64,000 bases of DNA, from positions 1,240,001 through 1,304,000 of the forward strand of contig BROI01000002.1 of NCBI GenBank assembly GCA_027923505.1, written 5' to 3'. Positions 1-12,867 of the stretch are shown in pieces. Both the position numbers and the translations under genes were made by a program. Below the pieces are notes generated by a model. That model saw nothing but the letters and a program-made list of their open reading frames with translations, searched no databases and had not been told where the DNA came from. Positions within the stretch are counted from its first letter, which is position 1. Every line of letters begins with the position of its first letter. The DNA comes from Mayamaea pseudoterrestris (Eukaryota).

Positions 1-3000
1 ATTCCAGGAACGTTCGAACGTGAGAAGAAAGCTGAAGGTCCAAGCAATTATCTGTCTCCTGCTCATCGTTCCGCATAACTAGATCGTGGGATAAAATCCA
101 ATGCGTTTCTGTTTCGCTGCTTGAGAATGGATAAACTTGTCGCGAAAGAAGGTTGTCGCTTGAATGAGCATCTCCACTACTACGTGGCTTGACTTGCAGC
201 TTTTCGTTAGACAGCTCTCCAGCATACATATCCCTGTACTGTTTAATCATTGAATCTCTTAGAAGAGCCGTGTCCTTATCGGTGGTAAAATTTTCAAACA
301 AGTTGTCACAGGCAGAGCTGTCATCACTCCTCGAGAAGTCCGACATTTCACGGATCAAGTTCGTCACCATCGGATCACTCGATTCTTTTACCGCAAATGC
401 CCATACATTTCCTATCAATTGCCTGATTTCTTGTCTAGCCATGGACTGAATGATAAAGGAACGCTCTAGACAAAATAGATCAGCAAGAATTTGGGGGCTG
501 TTACCGGCTAGGTCGTCGTCTGTGAACTCGAGGCATTGGAAAGTCTGGTTAATGTAAGTCGACGCTTCGCCTCCGTTACGAATAATATCGTCCTGGAGAA
601 GATAAGGAAGAAGCTTGTCGACCACCCTGATCTTAAGCGGTTCCGACCAAGCTAACGCAGCCACGCCTCGGAGTACATTGTCTTGAACTTCTTTAATGAA
701 GTTCCGAGTTGGGCTTTTACAGTCTGTCCCAGCGACTTGCCGCAAAACCTTGTAGAAGCCAAATAGGACGTCGTCTGCCCAATGAGAGAAGCCGATCTCT
801 GCAATAGATTCCGAAAGTAAAAGGGGTGCCATTGAGGCTAGCGATCTGCAAGTCTCAACCAAAAGGTTTAATAGCTGTAAGTCGACAACGCCGTCGCTGG
901 GTACGCATAAGCGTGATGCAATACATAGCAGCGATCCAAGTCCGCCGCTCTCTGCGGTCTCTTTACAGCCATGAATTAACAACTCGCGAATATCCCCCGA
1001 CGCTTCACGTTTCCTCTGGTGTTTTGGATCAGCTATCGGATCTAAAATGTTGGCAAGGCCGCAAACTGCTTCGTGAAGATCTTTGAAACATTCGTCGTTC
1101 AGGTCTTTCAGTCCCTGCGACTGGTGAAGTTCCTCATCATGTCGACTAAGGCATTGTTTGAGGGTGACTCCCAGCGCTTTCGCCGCTCCTATGCGACAAA
1201 GTAGGCTGCGTGTTTGCCGTCGCGTGTTTGTGTCTTCGCTTAAAACACGAAGCGCCTCAACGGCAACTGACCTTAACTTCTTTTCCTCTGATAAAGCCAT
1301 TTCGACAAAATGGTTAATAGCACCGCTGTCAATAATTTGTCTGGAAGTGAGCATCGTGTAAGATAAATCACAATATGTCATTGCATTGTGAAGAAAATTA
1401 TAACTGCATGACTTACTGAACGACCACATCCTGCTTGTCGGACGAAGCAAGCAGGAATATTTCCAGATCATCTTCACCAAACACATTCGCTCGTGTAATA
1501 GCACCCGCTGCTAGCTTCAGGAGAGCTCTGCCGGCAAAGAATGCACCTTCCTTCCGATCACGATGCTCGCACAAAAACTGAATTAGCGGAGTTACGCCAT
1601 TGGCCTCGACAACAGCTGCCCGCGTGTGGGGAGCAACGCAAAGTGACGATAGGATACGAGCAATTGCAAGTTGAACATCTCGGGGAAAGCCATATTCGTT
1701 CTCGTCGAACAAGGTGACTATTCCTTGGAGTACGCCTTCATTGACCATTTGTGAGTGTATCCAGCCGGCCATATATTTGTCCTCAATCGAAGTCAAATGG
1801 CTTAATGCAGACGACGCTGTGCGTATCTTTTCTGGGTCTTTGGATCGAATCCATTCAACAATAATGCCCAAAATGCCTTCCCGCACAGCAATTGGCCTCG
1901 CTGCCTCCACGGCACAAACTTGTTCCAGAAGTGTGCACCGCCAGCTATTCAGGTTTTCGCCATTCTCATCAATTGTGCTTATTTCGTCCCTTGCCATGTA
2001 GATGATAAGTGTCACAGTAATCTCAAGCAACTCTTGCATCTCAATCGATTCGCGACGTTGATCGAACATGCCACCACCAGTGTTTGCGGTAAAATGCCCG
2101 TAGTTTGCGGCACTTGCACTTGTTGTAGGAACGGCCCCATCACCATTTCCGTCCGTCAGCCTGAGCGGGCCAGCGGTCCCTTTCTCCAACATTGGCTCCA
2201 CCTGATTGATCCAAAACAGAAACAATCCCTTCGCACCAGCTTTAAAAGACTCATCGCGACTAATGACTTCACCGCGCGGTTCAATGGTTCGAGCATTACT
2301 CAACAGTCGCAAACAATCCATAATCTTTAGACCTAAACTGGGTGGTGTCTGCGACCCAACAAACGACGGCAAGAGATAAGCGACAGCCAGTGCAACCACC
2401 ACTTTGAGCTCATGACTAATTTCGCGGATCCGAAACACGGCAAGCAACGAATGCATGCCACCAGAAGATCGAATTTCGTCACGAACTTGAATGTTTTCCT
2501 CGGATGCCACCGCGTCGGCGTTGCGGGCAAAGGCCATGAGCGCCAAGGCGGCCTCCAAGCGTTTCCAGTCCTGCTGCGATCGAAGCATGCAAATGAGACT
2601 GAAAACGTCCTTGTTGTCGACGAGCTGTTCAACGTCAATCGCAGGCGTCGACGGTTCGCTGGGCACTGTACTACTGTCTGGCGCTTGACTAATCACCATG
2701 ACGCCATCATTAATACTTGCTCCATTGGTTGTTGCTTCTTCTTCTCGTTGATGCGCAAAATAATCATCCATTGAATCATTCGACGTCAGCGCCGGCAGCG
2801 ACGAGTACGACGAATTTGTCACATGACTCGTTGACCGTCCCAACGTTTGCTCTCCAGCCGCCGCTTCTATTGACGAACACGTTTCCGTAGCAACATCAGG
2901 CGCCATTGGCACTGCCGCATCTCGCAATGCGCATCCTTTGCGAATGGCGTTTAGCAAGTAGTCATTGACTTCAAATAGCTCTTCGACCGACTCTGGATGA

Positions 3001-3917
3001 GTGGAAATTTCGCGAATCAACCGTTCCTGACAACCTTCGCAGTCGCTCAGTAGATTGGTTAAATAGTCGAGCAAGTGGGCTGGCACCTGCGGCAGCGCAC
3101 AAAAGTCCAACAATTCTCGCGCCGCGGTGCGGGCGTCCGACGCCACTGTTGATGACTGACTTATTGTACTACTACTAGTAGTATTGTAAATGGTGGCTGA
3201 CACTTCCCGCTTTTCCTCCTCATCGGTATCATTGCGTGGCGCCGATGGAATCGAGTCTAGTTTGGTGGGTGCCATGGGAATGCCGCAAAAGGCTGATGCG
3301 GTTGATTCCTGACTGACTAGTACTTGTTGCAAATGTTGTGGTTGGTATGTAGCTGCTGCTGATGATGACGCTGCTGCTGATGACGCTTGCATTGATCGAG
3401 GCAAGGACATGTTGATTGCTTCGCCGCCGCTGCCATTAGCCACCAATGGCGCCGACACTGGCACTTGCTGTATTGCTCCAGCACTCAGTGAAAAGCCATC
3501 GTTATCGTCGTCGTCTCCATCCAAATCTAGTCGAGCGTTTGTCGAGCGCTTGCCAAAGAGTGGTCCACTGTTACTGCTTGCGGACAAGGATGATTGCGGC
3601 TGCTGACTAGCTTGCAGTGGTAGTGGCATTTGTTGCGGATGTATTGGATGCACTGGCGGCAATGGTGGCGTGGAGGTTACTACGTCCACAGACGCCAATA
3701 ATTCAAAATCATCAATATCCTCCGTCTCCTCCAGCTCATGGTGTCCACTGGACGACGACTTGCGTCCAAACATGACGGCGCGATTGGAGAGAGGTTGAAT
3801 GACCAAGCCACTGGGGTAGTTGGTGACTGGTTTGGATGGTGAGACTGGAGAGACATTGCTGTTGTGAGTGCAGTGAAAGGCCGAGACGCGGGGATATGTA
3901 ACTGGTGTCGTTGCATA

Positions 3918-3978
<61 letters not shown>

Positions 3979-4478
3979 AGATTGTCTCCATTACTGCTAA
4001 CAAATGCATTATCAGTAATGCCAGTGCTGCTACTGCTGCTCCTCCACGGCACTTGAGGCGTTGGAATGTCATGCAAAGTCGGATACAAGGGTGCATTACT
4101 GCGAATGCTGGAGCGCAGATTGGAAAAGTCGAGACTCGACGATATTACGTCTGCCATGGGAGGAGTGTCTCCGTCACTGGCCCGCCGATTATTAGAAGCG
4201 AGTTGAGGAGCAGGCAGTGGCGACGATCGACCGGGGCTGCTGGCAGTGCGTGAGACTGCTGTAGTTGTTACTGGTAGAGATTCATGGTGACTGCTTGTAG
4301 TCGTTGGAATAGCTAAATGTTGTTCGATACCTTGGTCGTTGACTGGTGCAGCCGCAGGGACTGAAAGATTGGGTGGATTCTCATTGGAAAATGTTCGACT
4401 GCTGCTGCTTGCAGAATTGTTGTTGTCACTGCTGGTGCTCGTTTCTCGTCGAAACTTTTGGGGAAGTAATCGTCTCAT
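1..4478 (-). CDS. Large low-complexity/GAT-like/armadillo-repeat protein, 3'-truncated by window edge
   Basis: ATG at 4478; exon 4478-1417, GT-AG intron 1416-1341, then reading frame continues (QIIDSGAINHFVEMALSEEKKLRSVAVEALRVLSED) toward position 1. ARM-like units (GGMHSLLAVF, EGILGIIVEWIRS, ANGVTPLIQFL) and a GAT-like helix (VEELFEVNDYLLNAI). Confidence 0.8.
3921..3977. repeat. (CTG)19 microsatellite encoding Q19 in the minus-strand ARM protein
   Basis: Pure CTG run read directly; matches the Q19 tract in the ORF translation. Confidence 0.95.
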
Positions 4479-4729
4479 GTTACTGCTATAAAAAGCTATA
4501 TACTACTAGATGGTTTGCGCCTTGCAGGTCAGTCCCTGTAAGCAATTGTGCATCATGGTGGAAGGCAAACCAGTGACGCGACGGAACTGAAAAGATCCGT
4601 CGTAGCGGTACTGTCATGCTTTTCAGTCTTGCGTGCGACAAGTGGATGCCGCGCCGCGATCATCCATTCTGTCACAACATCGAATCGAATCCTTCTTTTT
4701 GCACCTGTCAAATCTTCCTATAGTCGAAA

Positions 4730-5697
4730 TGATGAACACTCCAAGTATTCAGCAGCAGCAGCTAAATCAATCCATCTTGCTGTTTGTCGTAGTCGCCGGC
4801 GTGACGACAGCTGCGCTCCTCAGCAGGCGGAGTCGAAGAAATACGTCTAGCAGCGACACGAATAAGCCATTCAGCATGAATGAAACGTCACCACCCTTTC
4901 AGCATGTGGCGCAAAATATTGTTCCAGATCTGCAAAACTACTTGAGCAACGCCGAACAGCTCCTGCTCTACGCCTTGTACAAGCAAGCCACGGTGGGTGA
5001 CGCTCCACTAAAAGCTCCACCAGTGTACCACGCTGTCGCTCACGCCAAGTACAAGAGCTGGAGCAGCTTGAGAAACATGAATGCTAAAGAGGCGCAGGAG
5101 AAATACGTCTTTGCCGTGCGGCAAATGCAGGAGCGCGTCAGTGGAAACAATGGCAACGGCGACGCGGAGGAGGACGCCTATCACTTTTACGACGACGACG
5201 ATACGCGCAACATGGCACCCGTGCAGAGCCGACCCGCCGTGGAGGAGGATGATGATTTGCACGAGGAAGAAACAGGCGACTCTACAAATAGCAATGCACC
5301 ATCAGCCAACGTTTTTGCAACTCTCTTTGCCGCCGCCGCCCGAAACGACGTGATTACGTTGCGAGAGACGCTCGAGGCCAACACAAGCATTGACGTGAAC
5401 CAAGCGTGTCCACGTGGACAAACCATGCTGCATTTGGCGTCGGACAAGGGTTCACTGGCAGTCGTAGAATACTTGCTGCACAAGTACGCGACAACAATCA
5501 ATGTGAATGCGTTTGACGCGCATGGCATTTCAGTGCTGCAAACGGCCGCCATTGCCGGACACTTGGACGTTTGTCGGTTGCTGCTGGAGGCGGGAGCAGA
5601 TCCCCAACAGTGCGACCATGACGGAGACTCGGCCAAGTCGTGCGTCATGGAGGATGGAAGTGACGAGTTGAAGGCGTTGTTTCGAGAGTTTGATTAA
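4730..5697 (+). CDS. Membrane-anchored acyl-CoA-binding protein with C-terminal ankyrin repeats
   Basis: ACBP motif LLLYALYKQATVGD...AKYKSW; ankyrin motifs GQTMLHLAS and GISVLQTAAIAGHLDVCRLLLEAGADP; N-terminal hydrophobic segment ILLFVVVAGVTTAALL. First ATG about 4730 (the ORF track starts at GTG 4633). Confidence 0.9.
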
Positions 5698-5839
5698 GAG
5701 TAGATGTATGCATGTCGACTCAACTATTAAACAAAGAATACTACCATCTATAGATTAGAATGTGCTCCACTATGCTACGCTGGCAATGCATAGAGAAAAG
5801 ACGAGAATCACATAATACGAAACCCATGACTCCCCTCAC

Positions 5840-6765
5840 CTAGCAGCATCCCGCTTGCACTCGCCCCGAACCACCCTGCTGCTCATCCGCCAATCGCACC
5901 GTTCCACCCTGACTCGCTCCATTGGTACTTGCATTATCCACCGACGCATTTCCAATTCCCTGATTCTCAAATTCATCAATACGCTTATGTTTAATAGTCG
6001 TCGCCAGCGCCGAAAACATCTTTTCCACGTTCAGGCCGGTCAGTGCCGACGTTTCGAAAAACTGCACGCCGTACTCGTCCGCCAGCTGCTGGCCCTCGTC
6101 GGCCGAAACGACGCGATCATTCTCCAAATCGCACTTGTTGCCGCAGAGTACAATGTCGCAGTCGGGTGGTGCCCGCGTCTTGATGTCGCGCATCCAACCA
6201 ATCACGTGGTCGAAGGAAGGGCGGTTCGAAACGTCGTACGTGAGGACGAAACCGTCGGCGCGGCCGAAGAAATTGGAGGTGAGGCTGCGGAAACGCTCCT
6301 GGCCGGCAGTGTCCCAGAGTTGGAGGCGCATGGGGGCTCCTTCAATCTGAATTTGTAGAATCATTGTGTAAATGTTTTGAGTAGTTCGAAAATGGAGTCG
6401 TCGAGGAGATGAAGAGAACGACATTGATGAGTCGCCTGCAGTCCCAATCAGCAATCATCAGTACAATGCTTCAATAATTTACCTTGACCATTTTGTCTCG
6501 ATAGTCGACGCCAATCGTCGTGACAAACTTGGTCGAGAATACGTTTTGATCGAATCGAAGCACCAGCTGCAAAATTGAGTGAAATAGATTGAGGCGCTGG
6601 CTCGAGCGAGATTTCATTTTATTCAACACCAGCAGCAGCCACTACAGTACGAACCGACGTTTTTCCACATGAGCTATCACCAACGAGCAAAATGCGAACA
6701 ATGTAGGCTCCCTTGGCTCCCATTTGGAGGGGACGAGGCGTGGCGACAGTCGAAGAGTCGGTCAT
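5840..6765 (-). CDS. Rab family small GTPase (Rab8/Sec4-like), 3 exons
   Basis: Exons 6765-6655, 6566-6483, 6346-5840 with GT-AG introns. Spliced motifs: GDSSCGKTS, FVTTIGVDY, WDTAGQERF, GNKCD, FETSA and C-terminal CC prenylation site. Confidence 0.93.
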
Positions 6766-7178
6766 GCTGTATGCTGTAGTTAAAAGTAGCTCCAACGTTT
6801 CAAGCGTTCAAATTTTATCGGGCTCTGCGCAAATTGCTGTTCAAGGATTGTAACGAAATAGTAGTTGTATATTTGGATATACTGTAGTGCTTGTTGACTG
6901 TAGTGATAGAGGAAGGACAACAGATGCAGCAATGATGATGATGGCAAAAAGGCGTTGGCCAATGGCGGATCGATGTTGCAACGCCCAAAAAAGGCTGGAC
7001 GCGCGCGCACGGCATTGGATCATGGAAGTGACGTAGTTTTCAGTACCGCTTTGACTATGGAATTAATGATGCTCGACCATGGAGAAAGTTTGACTTTCGT
7101 GCCGACAATCCAGCTGCGACGTTGACGTATTGGAAGTGAGGCTATAACATGACAAGAAACTTATATTTCCTGTAGAAG

Positions 7179-9547
7179 ATGGAAGAAAATGAAAGCTCGA
7201 GTAGCTCTTCCACTTGGAGCATAGAGGACGACGACCCTTCGAGTGGTGCACCAAGCGCCGAAACAATTTCACTCGACAATCCTCCTCGTACATTTACCAG
7301 AACGCACAAGACGAATGATAATGGTTTGAATGAGTCTACTGATGATATAACTAGCGTTCCTGCTGACCAGGAACGACAAATATTGCTGCTCATGCTGCTG
7401 GCGCAAGTTTGGTGAGTTTCATGAGTGACTCATATTTCCCTTCAATCGAATGTTATTTGATCAAGCTCAATGGACTTTTACTGGAGAAAATTCGTCTAAT
7501 TTGTTCATTTTCTTCTATTCCAGCGCCCTTCACGATCCTACTCCTCGAACCTTTACCGTTCATGTGTTGGAGCTTTTCGAACGAGGCATTCTTGATCGAC
7601 AATCCATCCATTTTTTGTACGATTTAAACTTGGTTCCAGCAATCACTCCTCCACAAGTACTAGCCTTGACAGCAGCAAATGAAGAAAAGGAAGCTACGAG
7701 CAACAACGACAATATTGATACCTTGACTGTCAAAGCACCGAATCATGCACGCTTTCCTCATAGATCGGCCGAAGTATCGGCCATTCGCGCCACGTTGGAG
7801 CAACTCGAACACCAGCGACTGTTGAACAAGGCTACTAAACAATCATCATTATCTACTGCAAAGCACGGCGCTCCATCTTCGTCTCCACCACGAGTCTTAA
7901 ATCACCAAACATCCTTCGCCGCCGACCAGTATCCACTGTCACTGTCGCGCTACCAGCGCGAATTCTTGCAACGGCGCCTCCTTGCCTCAGGCTCCTTTGG
8001 TCAAGTCTTTTGCGCCACACATTACATGGATGGGCGCGACTACGCCGTCAAGCGCGTGGCCTTTGCGGCGTCGGGCTTTTCGAACGACTCCGTGCAGCAA
8101 GGTGATGTATAATGCTTGTTTGTGTCGCAAGCCATGTTACCGTTTGTCTCATGCAGATTTTTTTTTCTACGCTACAGTCATTCGCGAAACGCAGTGTCTT
8201 GCCTTGTGCGATCACCCAAACGTAGTGCGATACTACACGAGCTGGCTGGAACCTAGCTGGATGACTGGTTCGTCAACCGCCTCATCTGACCATGAGCCGC
8301 ATCAACGACTACTGACAAACGTTCAAAAGCTCGTGTCGGCGGAAGGTTTGTCGGACGACTTGACGGCGGACTTTAGAGACTATTTTAAAATATCGAATGA
8401 CACACCAGTTCACAAGCAAAGGAGATATTCGTTTGGCGATAGCCTCAATGTTGGTGACGAGGAAAGCATTTGGACGACTGAACAGGACCAATCCAAGGAC
8501 GACTCGTATTTGAACAGTCATTCTCGGCAGCGACCATCTTATTTACAACTCAACAATCATCAACATCATACTAAAGCAGCAACCTATCAATATCAGATAT
8601 GCCTTTTTATTCAAATGGAGCTATGCGAAACTCTTACGCTTGCTGATTGGATACGAAACCGCAATCGCGCGTCCACATGCCGCTCCGTCGCAAATCGCAT
8701 TGCCAACGTGAGCGCCATATTCAGGCAGCTCGTATCTGGCTTGGCTCATGTGCACGACAAGAACATTATACATCGCGACCTAAAGCCAGCCAACATTTTT
8801 GCATGTTCGCGCTCTAGCAACAGCGAAGTGGCAGACCATTTCAAACTCGGCGACTTTGGACTGAGTAAGCTTATGAAATCGTCGTCTTTGTTTGATGACA
8901 TGGCTCAAAATAGTCTCCAACTGGTGGAACGCGGCAATGCTACGATTAATCGACAACTCGGCACGTCATTGTTCCCTGGTGCTGATTCTGGCTGGCACGA
9001 TCCTCTGACAGCGGGCGTTGGAACTGCTTCGTACGCGGCTCCCGAGCAGGTTGCCTCACGGGCGTATGGGACTGCAGCCGACATTTTCAGTTTGGGATTG
9101 ATTCTGCTCGAGCTTTTGTGCAGTTTTACCACCGAGCATGAGAGGCTCATGACATTTAGTGACTGTCGTCATCGAAGGGTTGTTCCGAACGAACTCGAAG
9201 CATATCCTCTGGCAGCTGAAACGATTCTGCGGTGCACTGATCCAGATGCGAGCAAGCGACCGAGGGCAAAGGAATTGATGAATATTGATTTGATGGAAGG
9301 TGCGACGTGCTTTTTGGAGTCAACGACATTTGACTTACCCCGGCAGCTGCGCGCGAAGGACGTTTTGATAGCGAAACTCACAAGCGATTTAGAAGCGAAG
9401 CAACAGCTTATTGACGATCTTCACCAGCAGGTACACGCACTGAAGTGCAATAATATGAGGAGCGAGGGAACATGTTTTCCGAACGCCTCCAATCATTCAT
9501 CATCCAATCGCGAGTCATCGTCTTCAAGCGACGACGATGAACTTTAA
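7179..9547 (+). CDS. eIF2-alpha kinase, HRI-like, 3 exons
   Basis: Exons 7179-7411, 7524-8101, 8178-9547. Motifs SRYQREF, GSFGQV, DYAVKR, HPNVVRYYTSWLE, kinase insert, LFIQMELC, HRDLKPANIF, DFGLS, GVGTASYAAPEQ, FTTEHER; C-terminal coiled coil. Confidence 0.9.
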
Positions 9548-9616
9548 CGTAAGCACCGTCACACACGACCTAACTTTTACTCGCATAACTATCATAAATG
9601 CAAAAACTTAAATTGT

Positions 9617-12574
9617 TCATGGTGTTCCACTGCCGTAAATGGCTTCTTCTTCCGCAACAGCTTCCTTCTCTTCCTCAAACTGTCGAAACAACCGCTTGAA
9701 TTCTGCCAGCGAAATTTGTCCGTCGCCATCCATGTCAACGTAATCAAGCAATGCTTTGATCTCTTCCATCGGATAGTCGGGGTCCATCTTGTGCATTAAT
9801 ATCCGAACTTCGTCAATACTTAACACACCAGTTTGATCGATATCGGCATGATGAAATGCAGCAACAATATCGTCATCCGAGTATCCCCTATTATTCGCCA
9901 GCGAGTACTGCTTGACTGCTTTCTTAAAAATTCGCTTCCGGCACATGTTCAGCAGTGACGATTTCATTTCGGGACTGGCTTCCACAACCTGTAAAAAGTC
10001 GTCGCCTTTCATTTTGTACAACCGGCAAACATCTGATGCACAAGTAACGGTTGATCTGCAAAAAAGCACGAAGCATGAGATTACATGACGTCCATAACTG
10101 ACATGAAGCGCGTTGGCAGTGACTTACGAGCGAGGACGATTAAAGAGCAAGCTCGATTCGCCAAACGAGTCGCCAGACGTGTATTTATGAACGACCCGCC
10201 CAGCATGGGACACAATGAGCTCGCCTGGATCACAAAAAAAGCGTGAGCAAAATCACGCCAGCGCGATAACAAAATACATATTGTATCGCATCAACTCACC
10301 ACCATCATCATCTGCAACTCGGTACATTGCGTTGCCTAGATCCCCTTCATTGTAAATCACATCGCCCTTTTTGTACTTTTTCAAAACGACATTCTTTTGC
10401 AATCGTAACAGATTCTTGGCGTAATTCAACGTCCGCGCTCGCCACTTAAGTGTCAAATCACTCCGGACTGACTTGCTGACGCCCAAATACCTGTCAAAGT
10501 CTGCTCGCTTGATCTCAATAACATCAACCGGCGTGCTGCACTTTGCCGTTGTAAATCGAGTGGCATCCTTATTTAATAAGCTGCCCTCCCCGAAAAAATC
10601 ACCGCTTCTCAAAATAGCGACAAGCTGGCCTTTTCGTGTTTGTATTTCAACCTTTCCAGAATTGATAAAGTACATGGCATCGCCCGGATCACCGGCATGA
10701 AAAATGATATGACCTCGCGGGTAGTGGCGCTGGTGGAGACCAGAGAATAGCTTGTTAAAGCGCGATAGTGACAGCGGCTGCTCTCCGTCCCCATTAGTTG
10801 ATTCGAGAAACTCTTGTGTATCGCGTGACGATAGATTTGACCCAGTCTTTTCGTTCGCAACGCGGCCCAAGTCGTCTGGGGTGACAAATCCCTTGCCTTC
10901 CGCGTCAAACACCGCAAACGCTCGTTGCAAAACGTGAATTGCTGCCTCGCCATCCCTTTTTGACTGGTTCACTTTAGCTTCTGAGAATCTCGCGTCGCCA
11001 TAACTTTGGCTCACCAACACTGTAAACATGCTAGCCTCCAATCTGTCGCGTGTATCCTTGAAGCGAGAAAGCTTCTTGTCCGAATCTGGCATCTTTTCTG
11101 TAGTTGCAGTCTCTCCTCGGACCCACGGGTGCTGAAGCATCTGATACGCCGTCATTCGCTTTCGGGGATCCTTTTCCATCAAGCGTGCAATCAAATCGAC
11201 GGCCGATTTCGACAAATGACCTACAATCTCTTCGTCGAGTGGAGGTCGTGGATCCTTTCGAATACGTTCCTCAATCTCATCGTCCGTTGACGTTCCCTGC
11301 AAGTCAAATGGATGCACACCAGTCAATGCAATATACAGTATGACACCAACCGCCCACATGTCCATGGGCGCATCGCAAATAAGACCCTTTTTGAAGCGCT
11401 CGGGCGCCCAGTACGCCGTCGTTCCGGTCGAATTGGCCGACTTTGTCACTGGCTTTTTCCGTCCACCAAAGAAACCAACGTCATCCTCATCCGCGTGCAC
11501 CACGGCACAACCAAAGTCTATCATTTTGATGGTTCCGTCGAGTCGGTTCTTGGTGCTCAGCAGCACTGTGTGTAAAGTATAAAGTGTTGTGTGTGAGTGA
11601 CAAACTGCAAAAATCATGACCACCGACAGTCTCATACTTGTACAACACGCTAACGACTCACAATTCTCCGGTTTCAAGTCCGCATGTACCACTCCGATAC
11701 CATGCAGAAAGGCCAAGGCGCTCGCCACTTCGTACATTAACCGCGCGGCATCCGCCTCGGAGTAGGCTCCAAAGTTGATCAAATGTTCAAACATTTCTCC
11801 GCCCGAAACCAAGTCCAAAATGAGATAGAAAAAGTTGTGATCCTCGTACATGTCCCGCAATCCACTAATGTTGGGATGACCGCCCTGGTCGTAGATGCGT
11901 AGCAACGCCGATGTTTCCGTCTTGAAGCCAGTGGATGTGGTGAAGCGACGTGAAATCTTTTTCAAAGCCACCTTTGTATGATATGGCAGCGAGCAAAGCA
12001 TCATGTGAGTCAACGATCAACGACTCTTCAATCATATCCAAACAATAGTCATTACTCTTTTTTCTGGTTTGTCTGTTTAATGATGCACCAAAACTACAAT
12101 AATACGAAACACACTTACCTTTTCACCCGTCGATTTGAGCCGCGCCGGATGCACGCTTCCATAGGCGCCTTCCCCCAGCACCGTCTCCCAATCCACCGTG
12201 TACTTGTCTTCGAGCGACCGCTGCTTCAAAGATCTCATCTTTTTCAAGTTAACGTTGCGTGGAATGGTGGGCAGCCGCGTAATTTCGGCGCCCGTGTGGT
12301 GGTCCAAGCGCTGCGTCGCAGCAGAAGACTCGCAGTCAGTAGTGTTGTTGGTAGTGTTTGTGGCAATTGCGACAGACGACACAGCTGCAGCGACTAGCGC
12401 ACACTGTAAAACGTAGTCTCTGTAGTAGTCGTCATTGTGATGATTGTATGACGATGCATTTGCAGCCAGGCATCGGACCAAGGGTCTTCGAAGAAGCATC
12501 TGCTGTTGCTGCAAGTTCCTTCGACTGACAAGCTGCGCCCGCGCCGCGGCTGCCCGAAGCACGGAGCTACTCAT
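9617..12574 (-). CDS. CaMK/CDPK-like Ser/Thr kinase with EF-hands and two cyclic-nucleotide-binding domains, 5 exons
   Basis: Exons 12574-12119, 11971-11662, 11565-10300, 10224-10128, 10055-9617, all GT-AG and in frame. Kinase motifs GEGAYG, VALK, HADLKPEN, DFG, APE; EF-hands FDAEGKGFV, DIDQTGVLSIDE, DMDGDGQISLAE; cNMP motifs FFGEGSLL...R and SFGESSLLFNRPRS. Confidence 0.9.
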
Positions 12575-12867
12575 GTCGTTCCAGTGCTTGCTGTAGATTG
12601 TATCAAGTTGTTTGTCTATCGAAAGCAAAGCTAGTCACACATATTGGGTTACAATGCCTTCCTTCCATTCGTCGATTTGCGCTGTTTGCGCGCCTCCGAT
12701 CGATGCCGCAATCCACGATTCACTAGTATGGCTGAAAGAGTACTAAATCGCAGCGTGTCCACGTGCGACATACCATTTTCATTATCGCTTCCACTTCAAC
12801 CGCGCCGACGCGCCCGAAACCACACAAAATAATCGCGGCGCGCAACTCGTTCCAATCCAAAATCACC

